DNA from: a virus
Virus record (IMG/VR): IMGVR_UViG_3300002092_000035
Coordinates: 1-64,000 of that record
DNA length: 64,000 nt
Direction: 5' to 3' (one strand)
Within the stretch, counting starts at the first letter, position 1; every line of letters begins with the position of its first letter. A program made the position numbers and the translations under genes. The notes beneath the pieces are model-generated. The model was not told where the DNA came from. It saw only the letters and a list, made by a program, of their open reading frames with translations, and did no database searches. Positions 1 through 10,655 of this stretch are shown in pieces.

Positions 1-1
1 A

Positions 2-307
2 GGAGGCGGCGGCCGAACCGGTGGAGGTAACGGCGGCAGTGGAGGCGGCGGCTACGGCGGCGGCGAGCTTCAGCCAAGTTTAAATGGTCAAAATGGAACC
101 CCCAACACAGGCAGCGGCGGCGGCGGCTATAATTGGAGCACCGGAACTGCTGCTGGATCAGGAGGTAACGGTGTTGTAATTCTTCGTTACCTCAGCACTA
201 GAGTGATTTCTATAGGCGTTGGATTGACTTACAGCACTGCTTCAGCCGGCGGTGATACCGTTGTAACATTTACGGCAGGCACCGGTACTGTTTCTTGGAT
301 TTCATGA
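2..307 (+). CDS. 3' end of glycine-rich virion/tail protein (partial)
   Basis: Open frame 2 to TGA305-307: GGGGRTGGGNGGSGGG...GSGGNGVVILRY...VVTFTAGTGTVSWIS. Confidence 0.75.
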   Translation, partial: GGGGRTGGGNGGSGGGGYGGGELQPSLNGQNGTPNTGSGGGGYNWSTGTAAGSGGNGVVILRYLSTRVISIGVGLTYSTASAGGDTVVTFTAGTGTVSWIS

Positions 308-353
308 CGGATATTCAAATATAGATAAATAATACAATAGATGAGAAAACAAT

Positions 354-1097
354 ATGGCATTATTTCCGGCATCACCGACTAACGGTCAAACAACAGTTGT
401 TAACGGGATAACCTATACCTATAATAGCAGTCAGACTGCTTGGATCAGGACAGGCACTACCATTACTCAGGGTGACCTATCGGTAAATGGAAACATAATT
501 GCTACCGGAAACGTATCTGCTAACTATTTTACGGGTAATGGTAGTCAATTAACTGGTATTACTGCGTCCGCAGGTAATTCTATCGTCAACGGCACATCAA
601 ATGTCAAGATTAACACATCGGGTGGAAATGTAACTACATCAGTCGGCGGCACTTCTAATGTACTCGTGATCACTGGTACCGGCGCCAATGTCACTGGTAC
701 CTTCAATGTTTCTGGTATATCTACCTTAGGACCAAATTCTAACGTAAATATTACTGGCGGTACTGCAAACTATGCATTAATTACAGACGGTTTAGGTAAT
801 CTATCTTGGTCAAATCCAGCATCTCAGAGGGTAAGAACAGTAACAACAAGTAACACTCTATTGGCAACAGATCAAGTAGTACTTGTAAATAGTGCAAATT
901 CGGTAACAATAACATTGCCACTTGCAACAGCAACACTAGGCAACACCTTTGCTATCAAGAACATCGGAACAGGACAAGTAACTGTCCAATGTTCTGGTGC
1001 AGATACGCTTGATGGTGCAGCAAACATAATAATAAGATTCCAATACTCAGCATTTGATGCATATAGTGTTTCTGCTGGAATATACAGTATATTTTAA
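354..1097 (+). CDS. tail fibre-like protein
   Basis: N-terminal FPASPTNGQ motif, G/N/T-rich repeats, C-terminal VTITLP..IKNIG domain; upstream TAAATA. Confidence 0.7.
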   Translation: MALFPASPTNGQTTVVNGITYTYNSSQTAWIRTGTTITQGDLSVNGNIIATGNVSANYFTGNGSQLTGITASAGNSIVNGTSNVKINTSGGNVTTSVGGTSNVLVITGTGANVTGTFNVSGISTLGPNSNVNITGGTANYALITDGLGNLSWSNPASQRVRTVTTSNTLLATDQVVLVNSANSVTITLPLATATLGNTFAIKNIGTGQVTVQCSGADTLDGAANIIIRFQYSAFDAYSVSAGIYSIF

Positions 1098-1106
1098 GGA
1101 AAAACA

Positions 1107-2663
1107 ATGGCATATTTTGAAACGATAACACTACAAGATGGAATATCACTCTTTACTGGTAGCATCACTCCTATATCGTTGAGCGGCGCGTCTTGCAGCG
1201 GAACAACATTAACGACAACGGGGTCTCCGGCATTAACAACAGGCATGACAATATACGCACAGGGTGCCGTAGGTCAATTCAGCCTTGGTACTATCGTAAG
1301 CGGTTCAGTGAATACATGGACTGTCAGTATCGGCGGAACTATTGCTGCTCAGACAATGATTGCTATAATATTAGGTGCTGGTTCATCAATCAATACGACA
1401 AGCTATCCACTGGTTGTTATTCAAACAACGACAACAAGTACATTATCACTAAACATTGAAGGCTCAAACGACGGTACAAACTGGTTCCAATTATTCCTCT
1501 CTTCACCAAATGAACCATCTATTCTAGATAACATTTCAAGCAGTGGGTTGTACTCATTAAAGACATCATCGCTTTACATTCGTTACAACCTATTAGAATA
1601 CAACGGTAATACTGCAATCACGCTCAATATACAGGGAAGAAGCGGATCAGGTCTCCCGGGCGGCGCAGATAATCTTACATTAGCACTTGATGCTAAGAAT
1701 GTTACACCAATTTATGTATCATATCAACCGGGGCAAAGCGGCGTCAAGCAAGATGCTCAGAACGCATTTGTATTGAGTGATGCTCCTGCTCCGGTAGTTG
1801 TCAACGCTCAGGTAGGTCAAACAACGATCATTGATACACAAGGGTATCAAACATTACAACTTACAACTGGTACGACATTTGCTGCTTCAGGTGGTTTTCA
1901 AGTATCAAACGACGGCATAACATTTGCACTCAACCAAGATGCTCTTTCCTCAGCAGCCGGCGGGCAGATGTCTACGGCAATTGTAGCTTCTGTCACTTAT
2001 ACTTTTAACTGCACGGCTCGTTATGTTCGCATCGTACCTACGACTGCGGGAGCATTTACATATTTCTTAAGAAATGGTGTCACTGGCATTGTAGCACAAA
2101 ACTTAACAGCAATTGGTGGTACAGCAGTTTCTGCTGCTACTGCTCAACTCGGTATCAACGTAGTGCAGTGGGGAGCAGGTGCTGTTGTTAACGGCGGTCT
2201 TGCAGGTACAGTCGGCGTTGGTGGTGGTACGGCGATAACAACGGCAGGTACGGCGCCCACAGTCAACCCTGTTCCAGCTGGCATCATTGATACATCAGGC
2301 TTTGGACGCAGAACATTAGGAGATATCGGTGGTCGTACTTTCGTTACTGGATACAACGTCAACACTCCGGTTTCAACCGCTGCTTCTGCTTCTACTACAG
2401 CGGCACAGCAGACCAACGCTGCTTTCGCAGTTGGTGCTTTATTAAATACGTTTGCAGGGACAGCAGCACTGAACGTGCAAGACACTACCCAATTTGAAGG
2501 ACAGTCAATTATAGAAATGCTCTTTCAGATGCTGCTAGAACTTAGGATCGCTAATCAACAGCGATATGAGATGCCATGGTTGCTAAATAATGGCATAATA
2601 AATGGTATGGATCCACCAGAAAACTTCCGTCAGGATCCGACAGCCTTCACTTTACAGTCGTAA
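1107..2663 (+). CDS. virion structural/tail protein
   Basis: 518 aa, T/G/S/A-rich beta-type composition, AGGA RBS. Confidence 0.6.
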   Translation: MAYFETITLQDGISLFTGSITPISLSGASCSGTTLTTTGSPALTTGMTIYAQGAVGQFSLGTIVSGSVNTWTVSIGGTIAAQTMIAIILGAGSSINTTSYPLVVIQTTTTSTLSLNIEGSNDGTNWFQLFLSSPNEPSILDNISSSGLYSLKTSSLYIRYNLLEYNGNTAITLNIQGRSGSGLPGGADNLTLALDAKNVTPIYVSYQPGQSGVKQDAQNAFVLSDAPAPVVVNAQVGQTTIIDTQGYQTLQLTTGTTFAASGGFQVSNDGITFALNQDALSSAAGGQMSTAIVASVTYTFNCTARYVRIVPTTAGAFTYFLRNGVTGIVAQNLTAIGGTAVSAATAQLGINVVQWGAGAVVNGGLAGTVGVGGGTAITTAGTAPTVNPVPAGIIDTSGFGRRTLGDIGGRTFVTGYNVNTPVSTAASASTTAAQQTNAAFAVGALLNTFAGTAALNVQDTTQFEGQSIIEMLFQMLLELRIANQQRYEMPWLLNNGIINGMDPPENFRQDPTAFTLQS

Positions 2664-2718
2664 AGTATAATTTTACAGTCACAAAGTATAAATACATTAA
2701 CAACAGGAGATTTTATAA

Positions 2719-3360
2719 ATGTTAACACAAGGACAAGTAGGACCAGTTACAGCAACTTCATCAATTGGTTCTGGTACTCTAACCCCAACTCGCTTAGGCA
2801 ACATGGGCGACGCCATCGTTTCAGAACTACACGGACGTTATTATGAAGCCAATTACCGTAGAAACAAGTTCTACGGTTCAAACGGTGCTACACCCTCTGT
2901 AACCACACTCGCATTAGCTACAACATACACTGGACTGTGTCTCTATAATCCAGCAGGTTCCACAGTCAACCTTGTCATTGATAAGGTTGGTTACAGCTTT
3001 CTAGTTGCATTTGCTGCTGCATCAACTATCGGACTAATGGTTGGATATTCTGCTGCTGGTATCGTCACTGCTACTGCTGCTGCTTCTCCAGGTGCATCTA
3101 GCTTCGTTGGTGTTGGTGCAACTGGTCAGGGCAAGGTCGCATTATCTGCAACTCTAGTTGGTACTCCTACCCTACATACAGTGTTCGGTCAGGGTCTAAC
3201 TGGTGCTATTACAACAGTCCCTGCAATTCAGAACACAATCTATGACTTTGAAGGTTCGGTAATTTTGCCACCAGGTGCATATGCAGCCATCTATACATCA
3301 ACTGTATCTGGTGCGGCTTCACTGGCAGCATCATTTCAGTGGGAAGAAGTTCCACTCTAA
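2719..3360 (+). CDS. virion structural protein
   Basis: 213 aa A/G/T-rich; TATAAATA and AGGAG upstream. Confidence 0.6.
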   Translation: MLTQGQVGPVTATSSIGSGTLTPTRLGNMGDAIVSELHGRYYEANYRRNKFYGSNGATPSVTTLALATTYTGLCLYNPAGSTVNLVIDKVGYSFLVAFAAASTIGLMVGYSAAGIVTATAAASPGASSFVGVGATGQGKVALSATLVGTPTLHTVFGQGLTGAITTVPAIQNTIYDFEGSVILPPGAYAAIYTSTVSGAASLAASFQWEEVPL

Positions 3361-3386
3361 GATTAATATTACTACTGGTAACAACT

Positions 3387-3420
3387 GGCCCTTACAGCAA
3401 TGTGAGGGCCTATTTGTTTT
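3387..3420 (+). terminator. intrinsic terminator
   Basis: GGCCCTTACA-GCAA-TGTGAGGGCC followed by TATTTGTTTT. Confidence 0.75.
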
Positions 3421-3454
3421 ATATCACATATAACCAACGAAGATAAGTACAAAT

Positions 3455-3898
3455 GTGCTTAATATATTCCTATTAGATTTTTATACTCGCCTCAAAGCCT
3501 GGCATCAACTCAAAGAAGACCTTACTGGGGCAGACATAGAAACAATCTGCATTGAGGTTGATAGATTCTGGCAAAAGACGCCACTAAGTACAAGGTATCT
3601 TCACCATGACGAGATTGAATCTTGGCCTGATCCCTGGAATCTACTGAATGACAACACATATTGCCTCTACGGACGGGCATTAGGAATGATCTATACACTG
3701 ATGTTATTGGGTATGAAAGACATTGACTTTGTTGACGGAATAGATGATAATGATGAGAGTGTCGTATTAGTATTAGTGGATAACGCAAAATATATCATGA
3801 ATTGGTGCCCTGAGTCGGTGTTAAATACTAATCTATCAGCATTCAAGAACATTAGGTATTTGGATACCGATCCATTGGTAAAGAAAACAGGCAAATGA
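3455..3898 (+). CDS. hypothetical protein
   Basis: 147 aa ORF overlapping the nrdA start (ATGA). Confidence 0.65.
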   Translation: MLNIFLLDFYTRLKAWHQLKEDLTGADIETICIEVDRFWQKTPLSTRYLHHDEIESWPDPWNLLNDNTYCLYGRALGMIYTLMLLGMKDIDFVDGIDDNDESVVLVLVDNAKYIMNWCPESVLNTNLSAFKNIRYLDTDPLVKKTGK

Positions 3899-5547
3899 AG
3901 ATTAATGTAGTAAAAAGATCCGGCGGCGCAGAACAACTTGATCTAGCGAAGTGGCAAGCGCAAATCACTAAAATTTGCAATGGCACATCTGATATCAGTC
4001 AGTCAATGATTGAGATCAAAGCAAGTCCGCACTTCTATGACGGCATCACCACACGGGAGATTGACGAGATCACACTGCGGGCGGTCGTTGATCTTATTGA
4101 TGTTGAATCTAATCCAACAGTTGGTCATACAAATTATCAATATGTCGCTGGTAAGCAGCGACTATCTATGCTCCGTAAAGATGTATTTGGTCAATATACG
4201 CCTCCCCATCTCTATGACATCGTGAAGAAGAATGTTGAGACGGGCCTATATACAGCAGAACTACTAGAATGGTATTCCGAAGATGATTGGAATCGTATGG
4301 ATGAGATCGTTGATCATTCTAAGGATGAGACTTATTCTTATGCAGCGATTGCACAACTCATTGAGAAATATCTAGTAAGAAACAGATCAACGAAAGAAAT
4401 CTATGAAACTCCTCAAATTAGGTATATGGTGGCAGCAGCTACCGTCTTCCACGGTGAAGACCCTAGCAAGCGCCTTAAGTTCATTAAAGAATATTATAAC
4501 GCTGCCAGTGATGGTCTTTTCACTCTGGCTACTCCTGTACTTGCAGGTCTTGGGACCCCTACGAAACAATTTAGTAGTTGTGTTCTTATCCGTAGTGATG
4601 ACGATTTGGACTCAATATTTGCATCGGGAGAAATGATGGCAAAGTATGCTAGCAAACGTGCTGGCATTGGTCTAGAAATTGGCAGACTTCGTTCTCTCGG
4701 TTCGCCTATTCGAGGGGGCGAAATCATGCACACTGGTATGATTCCGTTTCTAAAGAAGTGGTTTGGTGATCTGCGCAGTTGTAGTCAAGGAGGCATCCGT
4801 AATGCTAGTGCTACTGTCTTTTACCCTATCTGGCACCATCAGTTTGATGATTTGATCGTATTGAAGAACAATCAGGGCACGGAAGAGACTCGTGTCCGTC
4901 ATATGGATTATGGTGTCGTTCTGTCTGCATTCTTTTGGCGTCGTTTCAAGAATAAAGAGAACATCACATTCTTTGATCCAAACGAAGTGCCGGACTTGTA
5001 TGAAGCATTCTACAAGAATACACAAAAGTTTGAAGAACTCTATGTAAAGTATGAGAAGCGTAAGGACTTGCGTAAGAAGACCATGAGTGCTGAAGAAGTA
5101 TTCAAGGGCGGCATTCTCAAAGAACGCACAGATACTGGTCGCATCTATCTTGTATTCATTGACAATGTAATGAACCAAGGCCCGTTTGATCCCGAATATC
5201 ATACGATCTATCAATCTAATCTTTGTTGCGTAACTGGTGATACCCGAGTTACTTTCCAACACGAGAACGGAACTATTGAGCAAATTTCTATGTCTAGTGC
5301 AGTTGAAAGATTTGAGTTAGGTGGTTTAACCACTTCAAAAATCAAAAGTTTTAATAACGGTCAAGTATCTTGGGAAAATGTTTCTGCCGCAATCAAAACA
5401 AAGACAGTAACCGAACTATATGAAATTGAAGATGAGAACGGTAATGTGCTGCGATGCACCGGGGATCACCTGATTTTTACTAAGAATAAAGGATATATCA
5501 GGGCAGATGAATTGACAGAAACCGACGAGTTATGTATTAAATTATGA
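3895..5547 (+). CDS. nrdA: class Ia ribonucleotide reductase alpha, N-part fused to split intein N-half
   Basis: ATP cone (VVKRSG), ATPVLAG, FSSC, SQGGIR, ..QSNLC then intein block A CVTGDT (5227) and LRCTGDH block B. Confidence 0.95.
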   Translation: MKINVVKRSGGAEQLDLAKWQAQITKICNGTSDISQSMIEIKASPHFYDGITTREIDEITLRAVVDLIDVESNPTVGHTNYQYVAGKQRLSMLRKDVFGQYTPPHLYDIVKKNVETGLYTAELLEWYSEDDWNRMDEIVDHSKDETYSYAAIAQLIEKYLVRNRSTKEIYETPQIRYMVAAATVFHGEDPSKRLKFIKEYYNAASDGLFTLATPVLAGLGTPTKQFSSCVLIRSDDDLDSIFASGEMMAKYASKRAGIGLEIGRLRSLGSPIRGGEIMHTGMIPFLKKWFGDLRSCSQGGIRNASATVFYPIWHHQFDDLIVLKNNQGTEETRVRHMDYGVVLSAFFWRRFKNKENITFFDPNEVPDLYEAFYKNTQKFEELYVKYEKRKDLRKKTMSAEEVFKGGILKERTDTGRIYLVFIDNVMNQGPFDPEYHTIYQSNLCCVTGDTRVTFQHENGTIEQISMSSAVERFELGGLTTSKIKSFNNGQVSWENVSAAIKTKTVTELYEIEDENGNVLRCTGDHLIFTKNKGYIRADELTETDELCIKL

Positions 5548-5645
5548 TTAAAATTAGAAAAATAACAGTAGAACCCACTGACGTTTATGATATATCTGTT
5601 CCTGAAACAGAGTGCTTCTTTGCAGACAATATCCTTGTCCACAAT
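5227..5645 (+). mobile_element. naturally split intein (IntN 106 aa 5227-5544; IntC 34 aa 5544-5645)
   Basis: Starts with Cys1, has TxDH, ends VYDISV...ILVHN followed by Cys+1; halves in different frames with ATGA overlap. Confidence 0.92.
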
Positions 5646-6623
5646 TGCGAGATCCTTCTTCCTACAAAGTCGTTCAAGCGGTTAGATGACGCTTCCGGCC
5701 GGATAGCCCTCTGCACCTTGGGGTCGGTAAATTGGGGAGCATTCCGCAATCCAGAAGATATGCGCCGTGTTTGTCGCATTCTACAGCGTAGTCTATGTAA
5801 CATCCTAGATTATCAAGATTTCTTGAGCATTCAGAGCAAGTTGAGCAATGATGAGATTCAACCGTTGGGTATCGGAATCACTAATCTCGCTTACTGGCAT
5901 GCGAAGCGTAACTATAAGTATGGTGAGCAAGATGCTCTACAAGATGTAAAGACATGGATGGAGCATCAGGCATTCTATCTCACCGAAGCGACAGTAGAAC
6001 TCGCAAAAGAACGCGGCGCCTGTTTGCATTCGGATAAAACAAGATACGGTCAAGGAATCTTCCCTTGGGAACTCAGAGCAACCGGAGTTAATGAACTTGC
6101 AGACTTTGCTCCTGAATTAGATTGGGAAACGCTACGTACTGACATGAAGCAGTACGGTGTTCGCAACGCGACATTGATGGCAGTTGCACCAGTTGAATCT
6201 TCATCTGTAGTCATCAACTCTACGAACGGTATTGAGATGCCGATGTCTCTGATCTCTGTGAAGGAATCAAAGGCTGGCTCATTCATTCAAGTTGTTCCGG
6301 AATATCACAAGCTGAAGAATAAGTATCAGATGATGTGGGAGCAGATAGATTGTGCAGGATATCTCAAGACTGCTGCTGTTCTCGCAGTATATGTTGATCA
6401 GTCAATATCTACAAATACTTTCTACAATCCAGCCCACTTCCCTGGTCGTAAGGTACCTACTACACTCATCGCTAAGAACTTGATGCAGGCTCATTTGTGG
6501 GGAATCAAGACTTTCTACTACTCACTAATCAACAAGCAAGGTAGTAAAGAGGAAGAAGAAGCACCGCTAGAGATAATTGACTTTGATGATGAAGATGAGT
6601 CCTGCGAATCTTGCAAGCTGTAG
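5544..6623 (+). CDS. nrdA: split intein C-half fused to ribonucleotide reductase alpha C-part
   Basis: HN/CEILLP, IALCTLGS, APVESSS, DQSISTN, KTFYY, C-terminal CESCKL. Confidence 0.95.
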   Translation: MIKIRKITVEPTDVYDISVPETECFFADNILVHNCEILLPTKSFKRLDDASGRIALCTLGSVNWGAFRNPEDMRRVCRILQRSLCNILDYQDFLSIQSKLSNDEIQPLGIGITNLAYWHAKRNYKYGEQDALQDVKTWMEHQAFYLTEATVELAKERGACLHSDKTRYGQGIFPWELRATGVNELADFAPELDWETLRTDMKQYGVRNATLMAVAPVESSSVVINSTNGIEMPMSLISVKESKAGSFIQVVPEYHKLKNKYQMMWEQIDCAGYLKTAAVLAVYVDQSISTNTFYNPAHFPGRKVPTTLIAKNLMQAHLWGIKTFYYSLINKQGSKEEEEAPLEIIDFDDEDESCESCKL

Positions 6624-6677
6624 CTTGTAAACTGTAAAAGCCTGTAAACTATGATAAATAGATTACAGGAGATACAA

Positions 6678-7355
6678 ATGGATTATCAGCGCATATATGA
6701 CAGGTTGATTGAACGAGGGAAGAATAGAATGTTAAGTGAATACACCGAAAAGCATCATGTTCATCCTAAGTGTTTAGGAGGCACAGACGATAATTATAAT
6801 CTAGTGGAGCTAACACCGGAAGAACACTATCTATGTCATCAACTCTTGGTTAAGATTTATCCTAATAATCCTAAGCTACTTAATGCTGCACTTTTTATGA
6901 CTGCGAATGGCATGGGGAGACGCAGTAACAAGGTATATGGTTGGCTGAAGCGGAAATATTCTGAATATATGCGAGGTCCAAACAACCCCAGTAAAATTAC
7001 AGGACCGTGGAATAAAGGCAAAACCGGATATAAGGTTACGGTGAATTTTTCAGATGAGTTTTTGAAGCAAACGTCTGAACGAATGAAGATTAATAACCCT
7101 AACTCAGGTATCAAGCCATGGAATCATCCTAGAGCAACTGACTATTCTAAATCAGTATGGAAACAGGCTGAATTATTATATGAGTTGTGGGTTAATAACT
7201 CATATCCATCTTACTCTAAACTCTATTACCTTGCTAATGGAAAGTGTTATACTACTGAAAGCAAAGTTATAGGTCCTTATATGAATATGATAAAATATTT
7301 TAGAAATGGTTGGATTCCAACTCAAGACACAGAATGGAAGAGTTGCAAGCTATGA
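6678..7355 (+). CDS. HNH homing endonuclease
   Basis: EKHHVHPKCLGG..NLVELTPEEHYLCH; likely start 6678 after AGGAG. Confidence 0.85.
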   Translation: MDYQRIYDRLIERGKNRMLSEYTEKHHVHPKCLGGTDDNYNLVELTPEEHYLCHQLLVKIYPNNPKLLNAALFMTANGMGRRSNKVYGWLKRKYSEYMRGPNNPSKITGPWNKGKTGYKVTVNFSDEFLKQTSERMKINNPNSGIKPWNHPRATDYSKSVWKQAELLYELWVNNSYPSYSKLYYLANGKCYTTESKVIGPYMNMIKYFRNGWIPTQDTEWKSCKL

Positions 7356-7729
7356 GAAAGACAGTATTATCAATATGGATTGGCGTAATGGTTCTCTTTG
7401 GAGGATACGTTACCGTTGACTATTATGGCAAAGTATACAAGTCTGCTGAAAAGCCTTCAGAAGCTGTTGCATCTGCTATGGCACCGACTGAGGAAGCATC
7501 GGCGGACCAGGATATGCAGGCCCCGCCTTCAGAGGCAAAGACGGAAGAATCCCCTACGCCAGTTCCTGTCCCTGAAGAGAAGCCTATGACTATGAATGTG
7601 AAAACTCCTATTGCTTCTTTTGACTTAACAGCGTATAATAGCATGGGATGGGCATTCATCGCAAAACTACTAACACTAATTCTAGTCACATACGGTGGAA
7701 TTAGATTTATCAATAAGAAGATGGCATGA
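7352..7729 (+). CDS. membrane protein
   Basis: Two hydrophobic segments flanking a P/E/A-rich linker. Confidence 0.65.
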   Translation: MRKTVLSIWIGVMVLFGGYVTVDYYGKVYKSAEKPSEAVASAMAPTEEASADQDMQAPPSEAKTEESPTPVPVPEEKPMTMNVKTPIASFDLTAYNSMGWAFIAKLLTLILVTYGGIRFINKKMA

Positions 7730-7799
7730 GCAAAGAACAACACAACCTAAACACCAAGACAAACTGCATTGGTCACGCGATGTCTAAAGGACCACATTC

Positions 7800-8420
7800 A
7801 TGTTAGAAACAATTTGTGATATTTTAGTAGACGCCTACAAGCGTAACTGGATTACTAGTCGTGATGGAAACATCTCCATTAGGCACCATGAGCGTGACCA
7901 CTTTTACATTACCCCGAGCGGCGTTCGTAAGCAGACTCTCCAACCCGACCAGTTTAAGAAGATTGGAATTAAAGGAGAAATCTGGTATGAACTCCCCTAC
8001 ACTGACATCAGCAAGAATCTCACTCCTAGCGGTGAGATTCCTTTGCATTTTGGTTTGCAACGAGCTATGGGCCAACATGCAGATGACGTAAGAGTCATCG
8101 TGCATCTTCATCCTACTTATTGCGTAGCAGCGATGCATGCCGGAATTGAACTCAATGAACTCGTAAAGAGTTTTCCGGAACTCAGCCGATATACGAATGT
8201 AGGAAAGAACGTAGGAGACGTTCCTCCTATCAGCCAGCAACTCGCTGATGAATGTTTTAAATCCTTTAATCTTGACAGTCAAGGTAACATAGACTATGAT
8301 ATAATAGGGATCAAGGGTCACGGAGTTGTTTCCGTATCCACATCACCTTGGAGAGCATATGAACATGTGGAACGCCTTGAACATATTTGTAAGATCGTTC
8401 TCGCATCAGGAAACTATTAA
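7800..8420 (+). CDS. class II aldolase/adducin family protein (FucA/MtnB-like)
   Basis: GNISIR, TPSG, PSGE..LH, VHLHP, GHGV motifs. Confidence 0.85.
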   Translation: MLETICDILVDAYKRNWITSRDGNISIRHHERDHFYITPSGVRKQTLQPDQFKKIGIKGEIWYELPYTDISKNLTPSGEIPLHFGLQRAMGQHADDVRVIVHLHPTYCVAAMHAGIELNELVKSFPELSRYTNVGKNVGDVPPISQQLADECFKSFNLDSQGNIDYDIIGIKGHGVVSVSTSPWRAYEHVERLEHICKIVLASGNY

Positions 8421-9520
8421 TGTCTAAAGCACAATACAATCTACATACTAAAACGGACTATCTTAGTCGCAAGATGTTCCTTGATCCTGCAGGTCCGGTA
8501 ACTATTCAAAGGTTTGAAGAAGTCAAGTATCAGAAGTTACAGAAGTTTGACCAGACTGCTCGCGGATACTACTGGACTCCGGAAGAAATTTCTCTCACTA
8601 AAGATTCTCCGGACTTCAAAGATGCTAGTGATACAGTGCAGCACATCTTCACGGGTAACATACTAAGACAAACTGCATTGGACAGTTTGCAGGGCAGGGC
8701 CCCGGCGCAAGTATTCACTCCAGTTTGTTCTATCCCTGAACTTGAAGCTATTATGAGTAACTGGAGCTTCTTTGAGACTAACATTCACTCTCGGTCGTAT
8801 TCACACATTATCCGTAATATCTACAATGTGCCAAAAGAAGTGTTCAACACGATTCACGACACTAAAGAGATCATTGACATGGCCTCTAGCATCGGTAACT
8901 ATTATGATGCCCTTCATACGCTAAACTGTAAGAAGGAATTAGGAATAGCAGTATCAGAACACGAACACATCAAAGCCATCTGGTTAGCACTCCATGCATC
9001 ATACGCACTTGAAGCATTTCGTTTTATGGTGTCGTTTGCTACTTCTCTCGCGATGGTCGAGAACAAGATTTTCATGGGGAACGGTAATATCATCAGTCTC
9101 ATTCTACAAGACGAACTCTTGCACAAAGAATGGACTGCTTGGATCATCAATCAAGTCATCAAGGAAGATTCTCGTTTCGCCAAGGTCAAAGACGAATGTG
9201 AAAACGAAGTGCGTCAGATTTACGAAGATGTGATCCGCGAAGAAAAGGAATGGGCTGACTATCTATTCAAGAAGGGCCCGGTCATTGGTCTCAATGCTAA
9301 CATCCTTAAGGATTTTGTAGATTACACTGCGGTGGATTCTCTCAAACAGATTGGCTTGAAGTATTGGAATCTAGCACCAAAGACTACTCCTATCCCTTGG
9401 TTCAACAAGCACACTGATACAAGCAAGAAGCAAACTGCTTTACAAGAGTCCGAGAGCACTTCGTATGTAATCGGAATCCTCACTGATCACTTAGACTATG
9501 ATGAGCTACCTAATCTATGA
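8420..9520 (+). CDS. nrdB: ribonucleotide reductase beta subunit
   Basis: WTPEEI, DSLQGR, ETNIHSRSY, LEAFRF, DELLH, ALQESE. Confidence 0.95.
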   Translation: MSKAQYNLHTKTDYLSRKMFLDPAGPVTIQRFEEVKYQKLQKFDQTARGYYWTPEEISLTKDSPDFKDASDTVQHIFTGNILRQTALDSLQGRAPAQVFTPVCSIPELEAIMSNWSFFETNIHSRSYSHIIRNIYNVPKEVFNTIHDTKEIIDMASSIGNYYDALHTLNCKKELGIAVSEHEHIKAIWLALHASYALEAFRFMVSFATSLAMVENKIFMGNGNIISLILQDELLHKEWTAWIINQVIKEDSRFAKVKDECENEVRQIYEDVIREEKEWADYLFKKGPVIGLNANILKDFVDYTAVDSLKQIGLKYWNLAPKTTPIPWFNKHTDTSKKQTALQESESTSYVIGILTDHLDYDELPNL

Positions 9521-9734
9521 AAAGTCTTTCGTATGGCAAAGTAGGCAATTGGAATCTTAAAGGTAAGAAATCTAAAGCATTCATGGCTGGAAAATATGTT
9601 GAGGATGTTGTTCAGAACTTCAAAGAAGCCGAACGCAAGAAAGAAGATCGCAAAGAGATTCAAAAGATACTGGGCTACTCTAGAATTGGCAATAGCAGCA
9701 ACAAATACTAATAAACAAAGATAAGGAGATAACT

Positions 9735-9968
9735 ATGCAAAAAGCAATCGTATGGAGTAAGGACAACTGTAGCTTTTGCCTATCGGCAAAGAACCTGCTG
9801 ACAGCAAGAGGTATTGAGTTTGAAGAACGCAAGATTGGTCACGGCTACACTAAGGAACAGCTCCTAGAAGCAGTACCTAATGCAAAAACAGTCCCGCAGA
9901 TTTTTCTTGACGGAGAATATGTAGGTGGCTACACAGAACTAAAAGAAAAACTGATAGAAGCAGCATAA
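9735..9968 (+). CDS. glutaredoxin
   Basis: CSFC, TVPQIF, GG motifs. Confidence 0.9.
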   Translation: MQKAIVWSKDNCSFCLSAKNLLTARGIEFEERKIGHGYTKEQLLEAVPNAKTVPQIFLDGEYVGGYTELKEKLIEAA

Positions 9969-10655
9969 TCACTTAAACTTACAACGTTCACCGTGTGATC
10001 TAGAAAAGTTGCGTATGTCCACCTCTTTATTACAGTGTGGGCATACCTTTTTAGGAACAAGCTTACCGTACATTGGATTTTTTTCCCCGGGACTGCCATA
10101 TTTTATACTACGTTCTTTTTCTGAATATAGTTTGGATAATGGAATGCCCTTGTTCCATGCCGGGTAACCTTTGTTAGCGTTGGATATCCTGCGCCGAGTT
10201 TCTTCTGTTTGTATTCTGCCGGTTGCTTTTTCTCGGATGAGTTCTATGGTACTTTCTTTGTGCGTTTTTCCGTACAAAGGATGGTTCTCTCCTTGATTCC
10301 ATCCTTCTGGCATTTTTCTTCCCTTAAGAGCGATGCTGCGTCTGTGATTGGATTCAGGTGTTTGTATAGCGCCTGATTGTCCTTCGCCACCATCCGTTCT
10401 ATTAAGGAGAATACCAGTACTAATATCCTTGCGACCATACCACCTAATGTATCTTCGCTCTAATGCAAATGCTCCTACTTGAGTCAAGCTTCTTTCAAGG
10501 AATACGATTTTGGATCTATCTTTGGGAACACTAACTGTGTGATTCGGATCATACGCCCGTTTGTCTTTACCTTTTCCAATATAATAAGGTGTTCCGGCTT
10601 TAGCAGTTTTAGAATCTTTTGTTCTTAGATAGGCATACACGTAATAAATAGTCAT
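9969..10655 (-). CDS. GIY-YIG-like homing endonuclease with NUMOD3 repeats
   Basis: [25 protein letters not shown]; likely start 10655. Confidence 0.85.
   Translation of the reverse strand: MTIYYVYAYLRTKDSKTAKAGTPYYIGKGKDKRAYDPNHTVSVPKDRSKIVFLERSLTQVGAFALERRYIRWYGRKDISTGILLNRTDGGEGQSGAIQTPESNHRRSIALKGRKMPEGWNQGENHPLYGKTHKESTIELIREKATGRIQTEETRRRISNANKGYPAWNKGIPLSKLYSEKERSIKYGSPGEKNPMYGKLVPKKVCPHCNKEVDIRNFSRSHGERCKFK

Noticed and set aside
2651-2691. 20-bp near-direct repeat at a gene end
   Set aside because: Single local duplication; no further structure to support a function
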